64,000 nt of DNA from a virus (taxonomy: Duplodnaviria; Heunggongvirae; Uroviricota; Caudoviricetes), in IMG/VR virus record IMGVR_UViG_3300031772_000005. One strand, given 5' to 3'. Made by a program: the position numbers and the translations under genes. Within the stretch, counting starts at the first letter, position 1. The number at the start of each line of letters is the position of its first letter. Below the pieces are notes generated by a model. The model was not told the DNA's origin. It worked only from the letters and a program-made list of their open reading frames with translations, and did no database searches. Positions 28,164-37,777 of the stretch are shown piece by piece.

Positions 28164-30155
28164 ATGAGACAACATTGGGTCATGGATTATGAAACTTTAT
28201 CTACATGCTTTTTAGGCGTATTTACAGATATTAAGTCAGATGAAACAAAAATATTCATCATGAGTAAGTTACATAATGATATTGATGATTTTTTATTTTT
28301 CTTAAATCATAATATTGAATTAGATGAATGGCATGTGTCATTCAATGGTTTAGGATTTGATGGTCAAATTACTCAGTATATGCTAAATTCTGCAGATCAG
28401 CTTAGGGAAATGTCCGGAGTTGATATAGCAGAATGGGTATACAGTAAAGCCCAACAAATTATTCAAACTCAAAACACAGGAGAATTTTTAGAATTTAGTG
28501 AAAAGAATATGCAGATACGTCAGGTAGATGTGTTTAAGCTAAATCACTGGGATAATCCTGCAAAAAGATCCAGTTTAAAATGGATACAATATAGTATGGA
28601 TTGGCATAATATTAAAGATATGCCTATTCATCACAGTAAAGATATTACTACACAAGAAGAAATTGATGAAATTATAAGCTATTGTATTAATGATGTTAAC
28701 TCTACTAAGCAAATCATGGCCCTAAGCAAGGATCAGATAGCTTTAAGAAAAAATTTGACAGAAGAATACGGTATTAATTTATTCAGTGCCTCTGAGCCAA
28801 GAATTTCAAAAGAATTGTTTATGCATTTCTTAAGTGAAGCTACAGGTATTAAAAAATATGATTTAAGACAATTAAGAACTATAAGAAAAGAAATAATAGT
28901 TAAAGATATTATTCTTGATTATGTTAAATTCAATAGTGCTCCTTTTCAGAAGTTACTTGAAAAGTTTAATGAAGCTATTGTATATCCGGAAGAAACTAAA
29001 AACGCTTTTAAATATTCAGTACAATATCATGGAGTCAAAACAGATTTTGGTCTAGGTGGTATACATGGAGCAACAGCTAAAGGTGTATATAAGTCAGATA
29101 ATAAAATGGTTATTATGACTAGTGACGTTGTAAGTTACTATCCTAATCTAGCTATTAGAAATAAATGGGCTCCGGCTCATCTTCCTAAAAAAGAATTCTG
29201 TGACCAATATGAATGGTTTTTTGATGAAAGAAGAAAGATAAGTAAAAAGGATATTAGAAACTATGTATATAAGATTATTCTTAATTCAACTTATGGATTA
29301 AGTAATGATAAAAACTGTTTTCTATATGATCCAGAATTTACAATGAGGATAACTATAAATGGTCAATTATCATTGGCTATGCTATATGAAATGATTATGG
29401 AAGAAATTCCGGGAGCAATTCCTTTGATGCAAAATACAGATGGTCTTGAGACTATAATACCTAGAGAATATGTAGAAAAGTACGTTGAGATATGTGATAG
29501 ATGGGAAAAGATAACTAAGCTTGAGTTAGAACATGATACTTATGAAAAAATTATCATAGGTGATGTAAATAATTATATTGCTGTTAATTCTCCAAAGACT
29601 GTTGATTATGATACTTACTTAGGTATCAAAGCAGAGAATCCTCATTATGTCTATAAAAGATTAGGGCCGGATTCTTATTCATATTCTAGTACAAAATGTA
29701 AAGGTAGATTTGAGTTTCATAATCTAGCTCTTCACAAAAATAAAAGTTTCTTAATAGTACCCAAAGCATTGTATAATTATTTTGTACATGATATAAAACC
29801 TGAAACTTTTGTAAGTCAACAAACTAATATATTTGATTTTTGTGGAGGTAAGAAAATTAAAGGTGATTGGGAATTTAATGAAGAAATTATTGAGGATGGT
29901 GTTCATAAAATTATACCTACTCAACATACTATTAGATATTATATATCTAATCATGGTTCTAAAATAATTAAACAAAATACTCTGGACGGTAGGCAGATAC
30001 AGGTTGAGGCCGGTAAATGGTTACAGAAACTCTTTATTAATTATAAAGAGCATCCAATAGATGAATATGATTTAAACTATGAATATTATTTAACTAAGAT
30101 TGAAAGTGAGATTAATAACTTTCAACCTAAGATTGTACAATTAAAATTATTATAA
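28164..30155 (+). CDS. family-B DNA polymerase
   Basis: Exo I MDYETL, Exo II FNGLGFDGQITQYML, Exo III YCINDVN, motif A DVVSYYPNL, motif B KIILNSTYGL, motif C-like NTDG. Confidence 0.8.
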   Translation: MRQHWVMDYETLSTCFLGVFTDIKSDETKIFIMSKLHNDIDDFLFFLNHNIELDEWHVSFNGLGFDGQITQYMLNSADQLREMSGVDIAEWVYSKAQQIIQTQNTGEFLEFSEKNMQIRQVDVFKLNHWDNPAKRSSLKWIQYSMDWHNIKDMPIHHSKDITTQEEIDEIISYCINDVNSTKQIMALSKDQIALRKNLTEEYGINLFSASEPRISKELFMHFLSEATGIKKYDLRQLRTIRKEIIVKDIILDYVKFNSAPFQKLLEKFNEAIVYPEETKNAFKYSVQYHGVKTDFGLGGIHGATAKGVYKSDNKMVIMTSDVVSYYPNLAIRNKWAPAHLPKKEFCDQYEWFFDERRKISKKDIRNYVYKIILNSTYGLSNDKNCFLYDPEFTMRITINGQLSLAMLYEMIMEEIPGAIPLMQNTDGLETIIPREYVEKYVEICDRWEKITKLELEHDTYEKIIIGDVNNYIAVNSPKTVDYDTYLGIKAENPHYVYKRLGPDSYSYSSTKCKGRFEFHNLALHKNKSFLIVPKALYNYFVHDIKPETFVSQQTNIFDFCGGKKIKGDWEFNEEIIEDGVHKIIPTQHTIRYYISNHGSKIIKQNTLDGRQIQVEAGKWLQKLFINYKEHPIDEYDLNYEYYLTKIESEINNFQPKIVQLKLL

Positions 30156-31633
30156 TGGCAGTAAGAATTAAAAGTGTTTCAAAAACAGATTTATGTAATG
30201 TAGTGGTCCCTGTATTTACAGATGGATATAAGATAAAATCTCATAGCAGTATTATTACTGCTGTTGAGGCCGGAATTATTAAAGCCGGCTATAAAATTAA
30301 GAATACAGTATACAAAGCAACAGCTGATGGTAAGTTAGCATACGGTACTTATTATTTAGAAGATGAAGAAGATGAAGAAATAGGACGTATGCTTACATGG
30401 GTTAATGCTTATACTAAACAATTTAAGTATAGAACTATCTCTGGTATATACATTAAAGATCTTAAAGGTTGTGTAGCTTTTGCAGGAGATGCTTATCTAA
30501 AAAAGTATACAGGTTTAGGTGATGAAATAGCTGATTTAAATTTATTATTTGCTGAAACTGTTGAAAAGAAGAATTTAATGATGGGTATTAACCTTAATCG
30601 TACTGAACAAGCTACTATACTAGGTAGATTATTTGCAGAGTATGGAGTATTTACTACTGAGCAAGCTTCTTTCTTTAAGACAATGATTACTGATACAGAA
30701 ACTTTATGGGATACTTATGCTAATGTAGCAGATACACTGCAGTCATCTCATCCTAAAGACTGGATCCGGAATCAAATATTACTAAACTATCTTTTTAATA
30801 ATTTACTTGAGTTACATACTACAGAAGAAGAAATAGAAGAAGCTACAGAACATACATTAGAAAATAACTATGGTCAACCTGATAATCAAACTAATATCTT
30901 AAATCAAATTGCAGACTTAGAAGCAGATCAAATAGATGAGAATGTTAGATATGAAGCAGCTGAAATTGAAGGTGAGCCTGAATTAGAAATGGTTGATCCT
31001 AAAACTAATGAACAACTAGTTGCTGAACATAATGCAACACATGATGATTCACAAATAAAGATTGAATATATTTCTCCAGAAAAACTTAAAGAAAAATATG
31101 GTGAAAATGTAGCTGTTAATGATTTAATGGAAAATATTTCAGAAGATTTAAGAAATATGCCAACTGGAGAACTTTTTAATATTGTAAAACCTAAAGTAGA
31201 AGAAGATACAAGTACTCAAAGTTTTATAGAAGCTCAAATGACTTATACTGACCCAGTTGGTAATACATTTGAAGCTCCTTTAATGTCAGCTGAAGTTATA
31301 GTTTTTGATTTAAGTAAACCGGATGAACCCGTGACAGATCTTCAAGAATTTAACAGATTAATGGATACAGTAGATACTGTAGCTGAAGAAGTTAAAGAAG
31401 ATTTACCAATTCATGAATTAATAGAACAAATAAATACTGTACCTAGTTTAGAACCTACTAATGAAGAATATCTTCTAATAGAGAAAGAGCTAGACCAAGA
31501 AATAATTAATGTTGAATCTTTATTTGAAACAGCTAAGCCACCTGTAGTAACAGGTATTTTAGATGAATGGGACTTATCTGTAGATAGAAGTAGTTCTGAT
31601 GAAGATGAAGATGAAGATGAATTTTTCTTGTAG
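30155..31633 (+). CDS. hypothetical acidic protein with SSB-like acidic C-terminal tail
   Basis: 492 aa; C-terminus SSSDEDEDEDEFFL; start overlaps the polymerase stop. Confidence 0.5.
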   Translation: MAVRIKSVSKTDLCNVVVPVFTDGYKIKSHSSIITAVEAGIIKAGYKIKNTVYKATADGKLAYGTYYLEDEEDEEIGRMLTWVNAYTKQFKYRTISGIYIKDLKGCVAFAGDAYLKKYTGLGDEIADLNLLFAETVEKKNLMMGINLNRTEQATILGRLFAEYGVFTTEQASFFKTMITDTETLWDTYANVADTLQSSHPKDWIRNQILLNYLFNNLLELHTTEEEIEEATEHTLENNYGQPDNQTNILNQIADLEADQIDENVRYEAAEIEGEPELEMVDPKTNEQLVAEHNATHDDSQIKIEYISPEKLKEKYGENVAVNDLMENISEDLRNMPTGELFNIVKPKVEEDTSTQSFIEAQMTYTDPVGNTFEAPLMSAEVIVFDLSKPDEPVTDLQEFNRLMDTVDTVAEEVKEDLPIHELIEQINTVPSLEPTNEEYLLIEKELDQEIINVESLFETAKPPVVTGILDEWDLSVDRSSSDEDEDEDEFFL

Positions 31634-31680
31634 GATACTTGTGCCCATAGCATAAGGTTTAATAAATAAATAATCAATTA

Positions 31681-31718
31681 AGGGGATACACTGTAATGGT
31701 GTATCCCCTTTTTTTTAT
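31681..31718. terminator. bidirectional terminator at the convergence of the + and - modules
   Basis: AAGGGGATACAC-tgtaatg-GTGTATCCCCTT flanked by T-runs on both strands; lies between the last + gene (ends 31633) and the last - gene (ends 31715). Confidence 0.6.
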
Positions 31719-34700
31719 AACCCTAAGTTTTCAGCAGTCTCTTTAGATTTGATAGCTGTTATAGCATCATAGTTTTTACCTTTAACACCCCATACAGCTC
31801 CAATATGATTCCATAATTTATAATCAAATGTACCATCTTCATTTTTCATTTGCCATGGATAAGGTCCAACATCTGATTTATATCTAGCAGCATCATCGCC
31901 TATCATCATATTACCTAAGTCAGCAGCAATTTTATATAAATTTTTAATATGACCCATAGCAATAGAAGTATTACTAAACATAGATAATGTTTGAGAAGTT
32001 CCTATAATTGGATAAAAAGCTTCATTTTCTGTTTTAACAGCCATTACTTGATATAATAACTGATTAGATAATGCTCCTGCAAAACCATAGTCTACTTCAC
32101 GTTGTTTTAATTTTTTAAATCTATCTTCATCATCTGGATCATAACCAAATATGAACTTAATTGCAATTGCAGATAAAGCAATAAATACACCTTCTACTAA
32201 TGTTTTAGCCATACCTGCTTTTTCTTCAGCTGTAAGTAATGGCCATGCTTTATGTAGGTTCTTTATAACTTTCATCATACCATCAAAAGCAGATATATAA
32301 TAACCTTTAGTTAAATTATTAGTTCCAAAATTATAAACAGCACCGCCAACATTACCTTTAGAGACATCCATGTGGAATCTATTAAGAATAAAACCTCCTG
32401 CAAAGTTTTTATAAAAACTAAATAATCTCCAACCTAAATATTGGCCCGCTTGTGGTGAATTAAAATCATCTATTATACCATTTAGTTTAAAACCTTTATC
32501 TTGTAATTTTAATCTAAAGTCATTAAATAATTCACTACTAGATATTTCTATAATATCACCTTCTTCTAGTTTATTAACATCAACTATTTTATTTTTCTTT
32601 TTTAATTCTTCTACAGTAACACTATATTTTTTTGCAATACTCTCTAAAGTATCTCCTATTTTAAATTCATGTTTAACATGTTCTGTTCCCCATTCAGGAT
32701 TTATTCCATCTTTTAGTTTAATGAGTCCTTCACTATCTAATTCAAAAGCATGTGCATATAATATTTTTTTTACAGAACCATCTGGTTGTGTTTGATCAAT
32801 CCATTTATTATGCATCATACCTTCATATAAAGCTAAACCTCCTTCAAGTTCAGCTAATCTTCTAACATCATACATAAAAGTCATGTCAACCATATCTTTT
32901 GTAAAAGTTCTAGATGCTGATTTACTAAAGTCTTTTTTAGTTTTACCTGTAACTGGATCAAAATATTCCATCATCTGAATATTTAAACTTTTAGGTCCTA
33001 ATGAATAAACACCTCCTGCCATTAATTCATAAGTTGTTTGTAAAGCTTTAGCCTTACCTAATGCTAATGATTTATAAGTAACATCTTTGCCTCCCGCACC
33101 TTCAACTAAACTTTGCCATTTTTGACCAAATCTTTGTTTAGCTGCAGAAACCATATCCATACCTATAATAGATCTACTAGATGCACTCATTATCATGTTA
33201 GTAATCTTATTTAGCATTACATGCTCATCAGTAAAATTATTATTTTTCTTACCGTAAAAAATCTTATCTAAAAAATAATCAAAAGCTTTACCTCTTCTAC
33301 TATCACCAGTTATTTTTACTAATGATATTAAGCCTGTAGCTTTTTTAACTTGTCTACTAGCTAACTTAACATTTTTATTAGCATTCTCAGGTTCATTAAT
33401 AACATCAGATATAGTTTGAAATAATGGTAGTAATTCATTTTTCATTACTTGCTCATTTCCAGAAGCAATATAATCTTCAAAAGCTCTTAAAAAATCAAGA
33501 GACACATCTTTTTTATCAAGATTTGAAAGACCCATAACAGGAATTTTAGATATCTGTGCTCCAGATAAATCTGTAGTAACTAATATTTGATCAGTATCAT
33601 AATTAAATCCTTGTTCTACTGTATCTGCTCTTTTCTTACTGTCAAAAGCACGAGTTACTCCTTCCTTTATGTTAGCAAGTTTTTCTCCAGGCTTACCAGC
33701 TTGTATCAATTCAAGATTTGTTCTATGATACATTCTAGGATAATCTAAATATAACTTACTTCCTTTTAAGAAATCTTTTTGGCCATCTAAAATTAAATTA
33801 CTTATAGTGTTTACTAATTGATATTCTGCAGTATTAGCATTTTTCATTGCTTTATACTCTTGATTTATGTATTTATTATCCACAGCACTGTCAATATCTC
33901 CAGGAACATAATCTCTTGGTAAAAAATCTGATTTACTTACATTAGTAATATGTTTACCTACTATAAGTTCTACTTTATCTGTAGCTTTATTATAACCTGT
34001 CTTATATTCTTTTTTAACATTATTATAAGTATACTTAGATCCGGGTACACCTTTAATAGTTACTTCTTTCCCTGTTATCGGATTTATTAAAGTTGTTGTT
34101 TTATAACTAGCATCATTTGTAGGTTTAGCTACTGTCCATACAGCTGTTCTAAATATCTTAGTGGTTTTAGTTTTATATGCTGAATCCCATGCTTGTTTTT
34201 CATAGTGATTACGTAAAAACCAATTTCTAAAATCTTCACTTTTACCCATAGCTTCAATAAGCTTAGGTGAATTTACCCACTCGTCAGCATTATCAACAGT
34301 AATATCCTCCATTTCTAAGCCTCTTAAAGCATAGTTAATAGCTTCAATATAATATTCAGTAGGTTCTTTAGAATTTAAATCTCCAAGTATTCTATATTGA
34401 GTACTTAAGAGTTCTTGTTCTAAAGCTCCAAGACCCATTTGATTTACTGCATTAAATAATCTATTATATTCAGCAGATTCTGCTTCAGTTAATTCAATAT
34501 TATTAACTAATTTAGCTTTATATCCTGCTAGTTCTGCTGTTTCAGCAGTAGTTAAACCTGTATATTTGTCATATGATTCTTCTAAAACTACAATATCTTC
34601 TTCAAGTTTTTTAAGTCTTTTTAAAGTTTCAGCTGATACTTGTAAACCATTAGCTTGGCCATTTTTATCAGTAATTTGTTTTACTAATTGAGATCTTTCA

Positions 34701-37700
34701 GCATATAATTCACCACGTTTTCTAGCTACTTCAGTTTGTCTACCTGGTTTATCAGTAATTTCTCTTATTATATTTTGAGCTGTTCTAAGATCATTATAAT
34801 ATTCTTGAGTATAAGCTACACTGAAGTTTTGTTTTTCCCATTTAAGTATTTCTTCTTCAAATTCTACAGGTGTATCTTCCATAGTAATACCAACAGAAGC
34901 TAATCTAGATATATAGTTATCAAAATCTTTTTGAATCCGGTCTTGATCTACAAACTGCTCATAAAATTTACTAGATTCAGTTCTATATTTTTTTCTTACT
35001 AAAACTTTTTCAAGTTCAGCACCTGTTTTAAAAGTACCATCTGGATTTTTAACATCATATAATCTTTTATATTCCATGTTAGCAAGAGTAAGTTGTGTCA
35101 TATTTTGCATATCAGCTAACTCATCTGCATCAACAACACTTAAAGCATTAATACTTTCTCTTTTTGCTTGTCTTTCTCTTTGGGCCTCAAATGAAGTTTC
35201 AGCACTAACAATAATTTTAGCACCTGTTTCAGGATGAATAACTTCATTTTCTTGAGTCCACATTTTTTTTACATCATATACTTCTTTTTTAAATTCTCTA
35301 TACATGTAATCTTCTTGAAATTTTTCAGAAGCTTTAAATGCTTCTTTAATAGCTACAGGATCATTTTTTTCTAAAGCTTGCTCATAATCATACTGTAGTC
35401 TACTTTTATCAGCTCTATAATTTTTATGAAGTTGCTGCCAAGCAAGAATTTCTTTTTCTTCAAATTCACCTGTTTTAGAATTTCTGTAACCTATCTTATC
35501 TGTAAATAAAATTTTATTAGCTACAGCAGATACATTATTACCTGTATAATTGACAGCTTTTACTTTTGGTGCTAATTTAATAGCATTAGTATCTTTTTGT
35601 TTATTATTGATTCTTTGCAAATCAGCTAATGAATTATTTAAACTTCTAGCAGCACCTGCAATAATTGGGTCATTCATATACATATAAGGTGTCAACATTG
35701 CATCAAATGATCCAACATCTCTTTTTTCACCAGATAAATATGAATTTAATGTAGCTTCACCAAGTCTTTTTAAATAATACTCACTAACAGCTTTAACTAC
35801 TTCTTTCCCAACACCTTTTGATACAGGTACACCTACTTCATCAATTGAAAAAACAAGACCATCTGGGTTAGCTATAATCTTATTAATAAATACATTAATT
35901 GTATCTGAATCAATTTGATCTGCTTTAAGAAATTGAGTAACTTTATCTTTAAATCTTTCTTCAATGTTCTCATTTATACCCTCCGTTACTTCACCATAAA
36001 ATTCAACAGTAAATCTTTTCTGTAAATCTTTAATTTTATCCTGTGCTTCAGCAATAGTATAACTAATACCATTCAATGTTTTAATAAATTCATTATTCTT
36101 ACCAAGACCTATTGTCTTTTTAATACTATGAATAAGATCATTGTTAGCAATTAAGATATTTGAATAGTAACTAATTTTAGGTATTATGTCATTAGCTTTA
36201 TAGTTTTCAATTTTTTCAAAATCAGATAGTATTTTATCTACATTTTCTGTAAATACATTAATGTCTTTTATTGAATTAAATAATGCTAAAGATTGATTTC
36301 TGAATTTAACATTCATATCTACAGATGCATCTATAATATCATCTACTTCTACTTCATTCACATTTAAGTTAACAGCACCTGCTTTACGCATATAATCTTT
36401 AATATAGTTAAAGATTCTAGTACCGTCATTACCTTTTAATTCTTTCTTGAGAACATTAGGTGATTTTTTAACAGCTTCAGCTATTACAAGTATTTTATTA
36501 TAGAAATCATTAACTGTTTTAGTTAATGCTTCCGGGGCTACTTGATTAAATTGTTCTGTTATATAATCAAATTCTTTTTTAAACTCTGCAAATTCAGATT
36601 CATCAAATACAATTTTATCAATAACAAAATCTTCACTTACTAACATATCAGAAAGTTGATCTAATGTAGTTGATGTATTTAATTTAGTAAGATTTATTTT
36701 ATTAACTAAAGCTTTTAAAACTTTTTTAATAGCATAAATAAGATTAGTTATGAATTTTTTAAAACCTGCATCTGTCTCAATTAAAGCATCTACTTTAGAA
36801 TCAGCATCTCTTTCTAAAGAAGTTACTAAAACCTCTTCTTTAAATCTATCATTTAATGTATCATCTTCATTATATAATTCAGGATACTTAGTCTTTACTT
36901 CTTCAACAATAGAAGCTCCTGTAGGAGTTGCTTCAAGTTGTCTGTATAAGTTATCAAATAAAGGTCTGTTAAGTACAGATATAGCTTTTATTAATGGGTG
37001 ACTGTATTCATGTAACACTATACCTGGTGTTAAATATTCACCTACAAAATATATTTTATTATTAAAATAAAAACTAGGTTGATTATCATAAGGTGTTTTA
37101 GAATCCATAAGTATTTCATATGCATCTTGAGCATTTATGAATTGATATGGTACTCCCATAGCTTTTTCAAGTTTCTGAGCAAGTCTATCAGCTACTTGTA
37201 AAACTTTATCATTTTCTAATATTTTTCTTGTATCATCATATTGGTTAAAGAAAGTATCTAATTCTGAAGCTCTACTTTCAACGGCAGATGCTTCATCTCT
37301 TTCTGTAACAGGTGTTATAATAACTTCTTTAGTATATTTATTATTGTCTCTTTCAGTAATCTCAAAAATATTTGGAAAACTTTCTGTTAAAGTGGTCATC
37401 AACTGAAGGTTAGGTTCAAAGACTAAAGCATTACTCGCTGCATCTTCAATAGCTGAACCAAAATTAGAATTACCTCTAGTAATATAATTTTTACCATCAA
37501 GTGTGTGAATAACTCCTTTCAATAAAGACTTAATAGCATGTTCATTTAAATAAGGATTTACAGATAAAGCTGAAGTAATTTTTTTAGAAATATTACTTTT
37601 TGTAGCAGTTAACCAATCTTTTACTTCTTGTTTATTAGGATAGTAATAATCCTCATTTTCTTTTATTTTTTTTACATCAATAGAATAATTGATAACAAAA

Positions 37701-37777
37701 CTTTGTGCAAGTTTAGCACCATATATTTTTTCAAGTGACTTAAATTCAGGTAAACTAGTTATTATACAACGTGCCAT
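31715..37777 (-). CDS. giant virion-associated protein (2020 aa) with LysM domain and HExxH motif
   Basis: Uninterrupted 6-kb ORF; LysM-like HEFKIGDTLESIAKKYSVTVEELKKKNKI near the C-terminus; VLHEYSHPL motif; hydrophobic C-terminal segments. Confidence 0.6.
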   Translation of the reverse strand: MARCIITSLPEFKSLEKIYGAKLAQSFVINYSIDVKKIKENEDYYYPNKQEVKDWLTATKSNISKKITSALSVNPYLNEHAIKSLLKGVIHTLDGKNYITRGNSNFGSAIEDAASNALVFEPNLQLMTTLTESFPNIFEITERDNNKYTKEVIITPVTERDEASAVESRASELDTFFNQYDDTRKILENDKVLQVADRLAQKLEKAMGVPYQFINAQDAYEILMDSKTPYDNQPSFYFNNKIYFVGEYLTPGIVLHEYSHPLIKAISVLNRPLFDNLYRQLEATPTGASIVEEVKTKYPELYNEDDTLNDRFKEEVLVTSLERDADSKVDALIETDAGFKKFITNLIYAIKKVLKALVNKINLTKLNTSTTLDQLSDMLVSEDFVIDKIVFDESEFAEFKKEFDYITEQFNQVAPEALTKTVNDFYNKILVIAEAVKKSPNVLKKELKGNDGTRIFNYIKDYMRKAGAVNLNVNEVEVDDIIDASVDMNVKFRNQSLALFNSIKDINVFTENVDKILSDFEKIENYKANDIIPKISYYSNILIANNDLIHSIKKTIGLGKNNEFIKTLNGISYTIAEAQDKIKDLQKRFTVEFYGEVTEGINENIEERFKDKVTQFLKADQIDSDTINVFINKIIANPDGLVFSIDEVGVPVSKGVGKEVVKAVSEYYLKRLGEATLNSYLSGEKRDVGSFDAMLTPYMYMNDPIIAGAARSLNNSLADLQRINNKQKDTNAIKLAPKVKAVNYTGNNVSAVANKILFTDKIGYRNSKTGEFEEKEILAWQQLHKNYRADKSRLQYDYEQALEKNDPVAIKEAFKASEKFQEDYMYREFKKEVYDVKKMWTQENEVIHPETGAKIIVSAETSFEAQRERQAKRESINALSVVDADELADMQNMTQLTLANMEYKRLYDVKNPDGTFKTGAELEKVLVRKKYRTESSKFYEQFVDQDRIQKDFDNYISRLASVGITMEDTPVEFEEEILKWEKQNFSVAYTQEYYNDLRTAQNIIREITDKPGRQTEVARKRGELYAERSQLVKQITDKNGQANGLQVSAETLKRLKKLEEDIVVLEESYDKYTGLTTAETAELAGYKAKLVNNIELTEAESAEYNRLFNAVNQMGLGALEQELLSTQYRILGDLNSKEPTEYYIEAINYALRGLEMEDITVDNADEWVNSPKLIEAMGKSEDFRNWFLRNHYEKQAWDSAYKTKTTKIFRTAVWTVAKPTNDASYKTTTLINPITGKEVTIKGVPGSKYTYNNVKKEYKTGYNKATDKVELIVGKHITNVSKSDFLPRDYVPGDIDSAVDNKYINQEYKAMKNANTAEYQLVNTISNLILDGQKDFLKGSKLYLDYPRMYHRTNLELIQAGKPGEKLANIKEGVTRAFDSKKRADTVEQGFNYDTDQILVTTDLSGAQISKIPVMGLSNLDKKDVSLDFLRAFEDYIASGNEQVMKNELLPLFQTISDVINEPENANKNVKLASRQVKKATGLISLVKITGDSRRGKAFDYFLDKIFYGKKNNNFTDEHVMLNKITNMIMSASSRSIIGMDMVSAAKQRFGQKWQSLVEGAGGKDVTYKSLALGKAKALQTTYELMAGGVYSLGPKSLNIQMMEYFDPVTGKTKKDFSKSASRTFTKDMVDMTFMYDVRRLAELEGGLALYEGMMHNKWIDQTQPDGSVKKILYAHAFELDSEGLIKLKDGINPEWGTEHVKHEFKIGDTLESIAKKYSVTVEELKKKNKIVDVNKLEEGDIIEISSSELFNDFRLKLQDKGFKLNGIIDDFNSPQAGQYLGWRLFSFYKNFAGGFILNRFHMDVSKGNVGGAVYNFGTNNLTKGYYISAFDGMMKVIKNLHKAWPLLTAEEKAGMAKTLVEGVFIALSAIAIKFIFGYDPDDEDRFKKLKQREVDYGFAGALSNQLLYQVMAVKTENEAFYPIIGTSQTLSMFSNTSIAMGHIKNLYKIAADLGNMMIGDDAARYKSDVGPYPWQMKNEDGTFDYKLWNHIGAVWGVKGKNYDAITAIKSKETAENLGL

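Noticed and set aside
2460-31677. Short minus-strand ORFs from the ORF track inside the + strand module (2460-2660, 4850-5035, 5007-5219, 6868-7056, 9370-9567, 10900-11106, 12499-12714, 14577-14765, 15905-16141, 21377-21616, 24132-24446, 29751-29975, 31411-31677)
   Set aside because: Each lies entirely antisense within a longer, motif-bearing + strand gene or within an intron. They show AT-rich codon drift and no motifs, so they are shadow ORFs.
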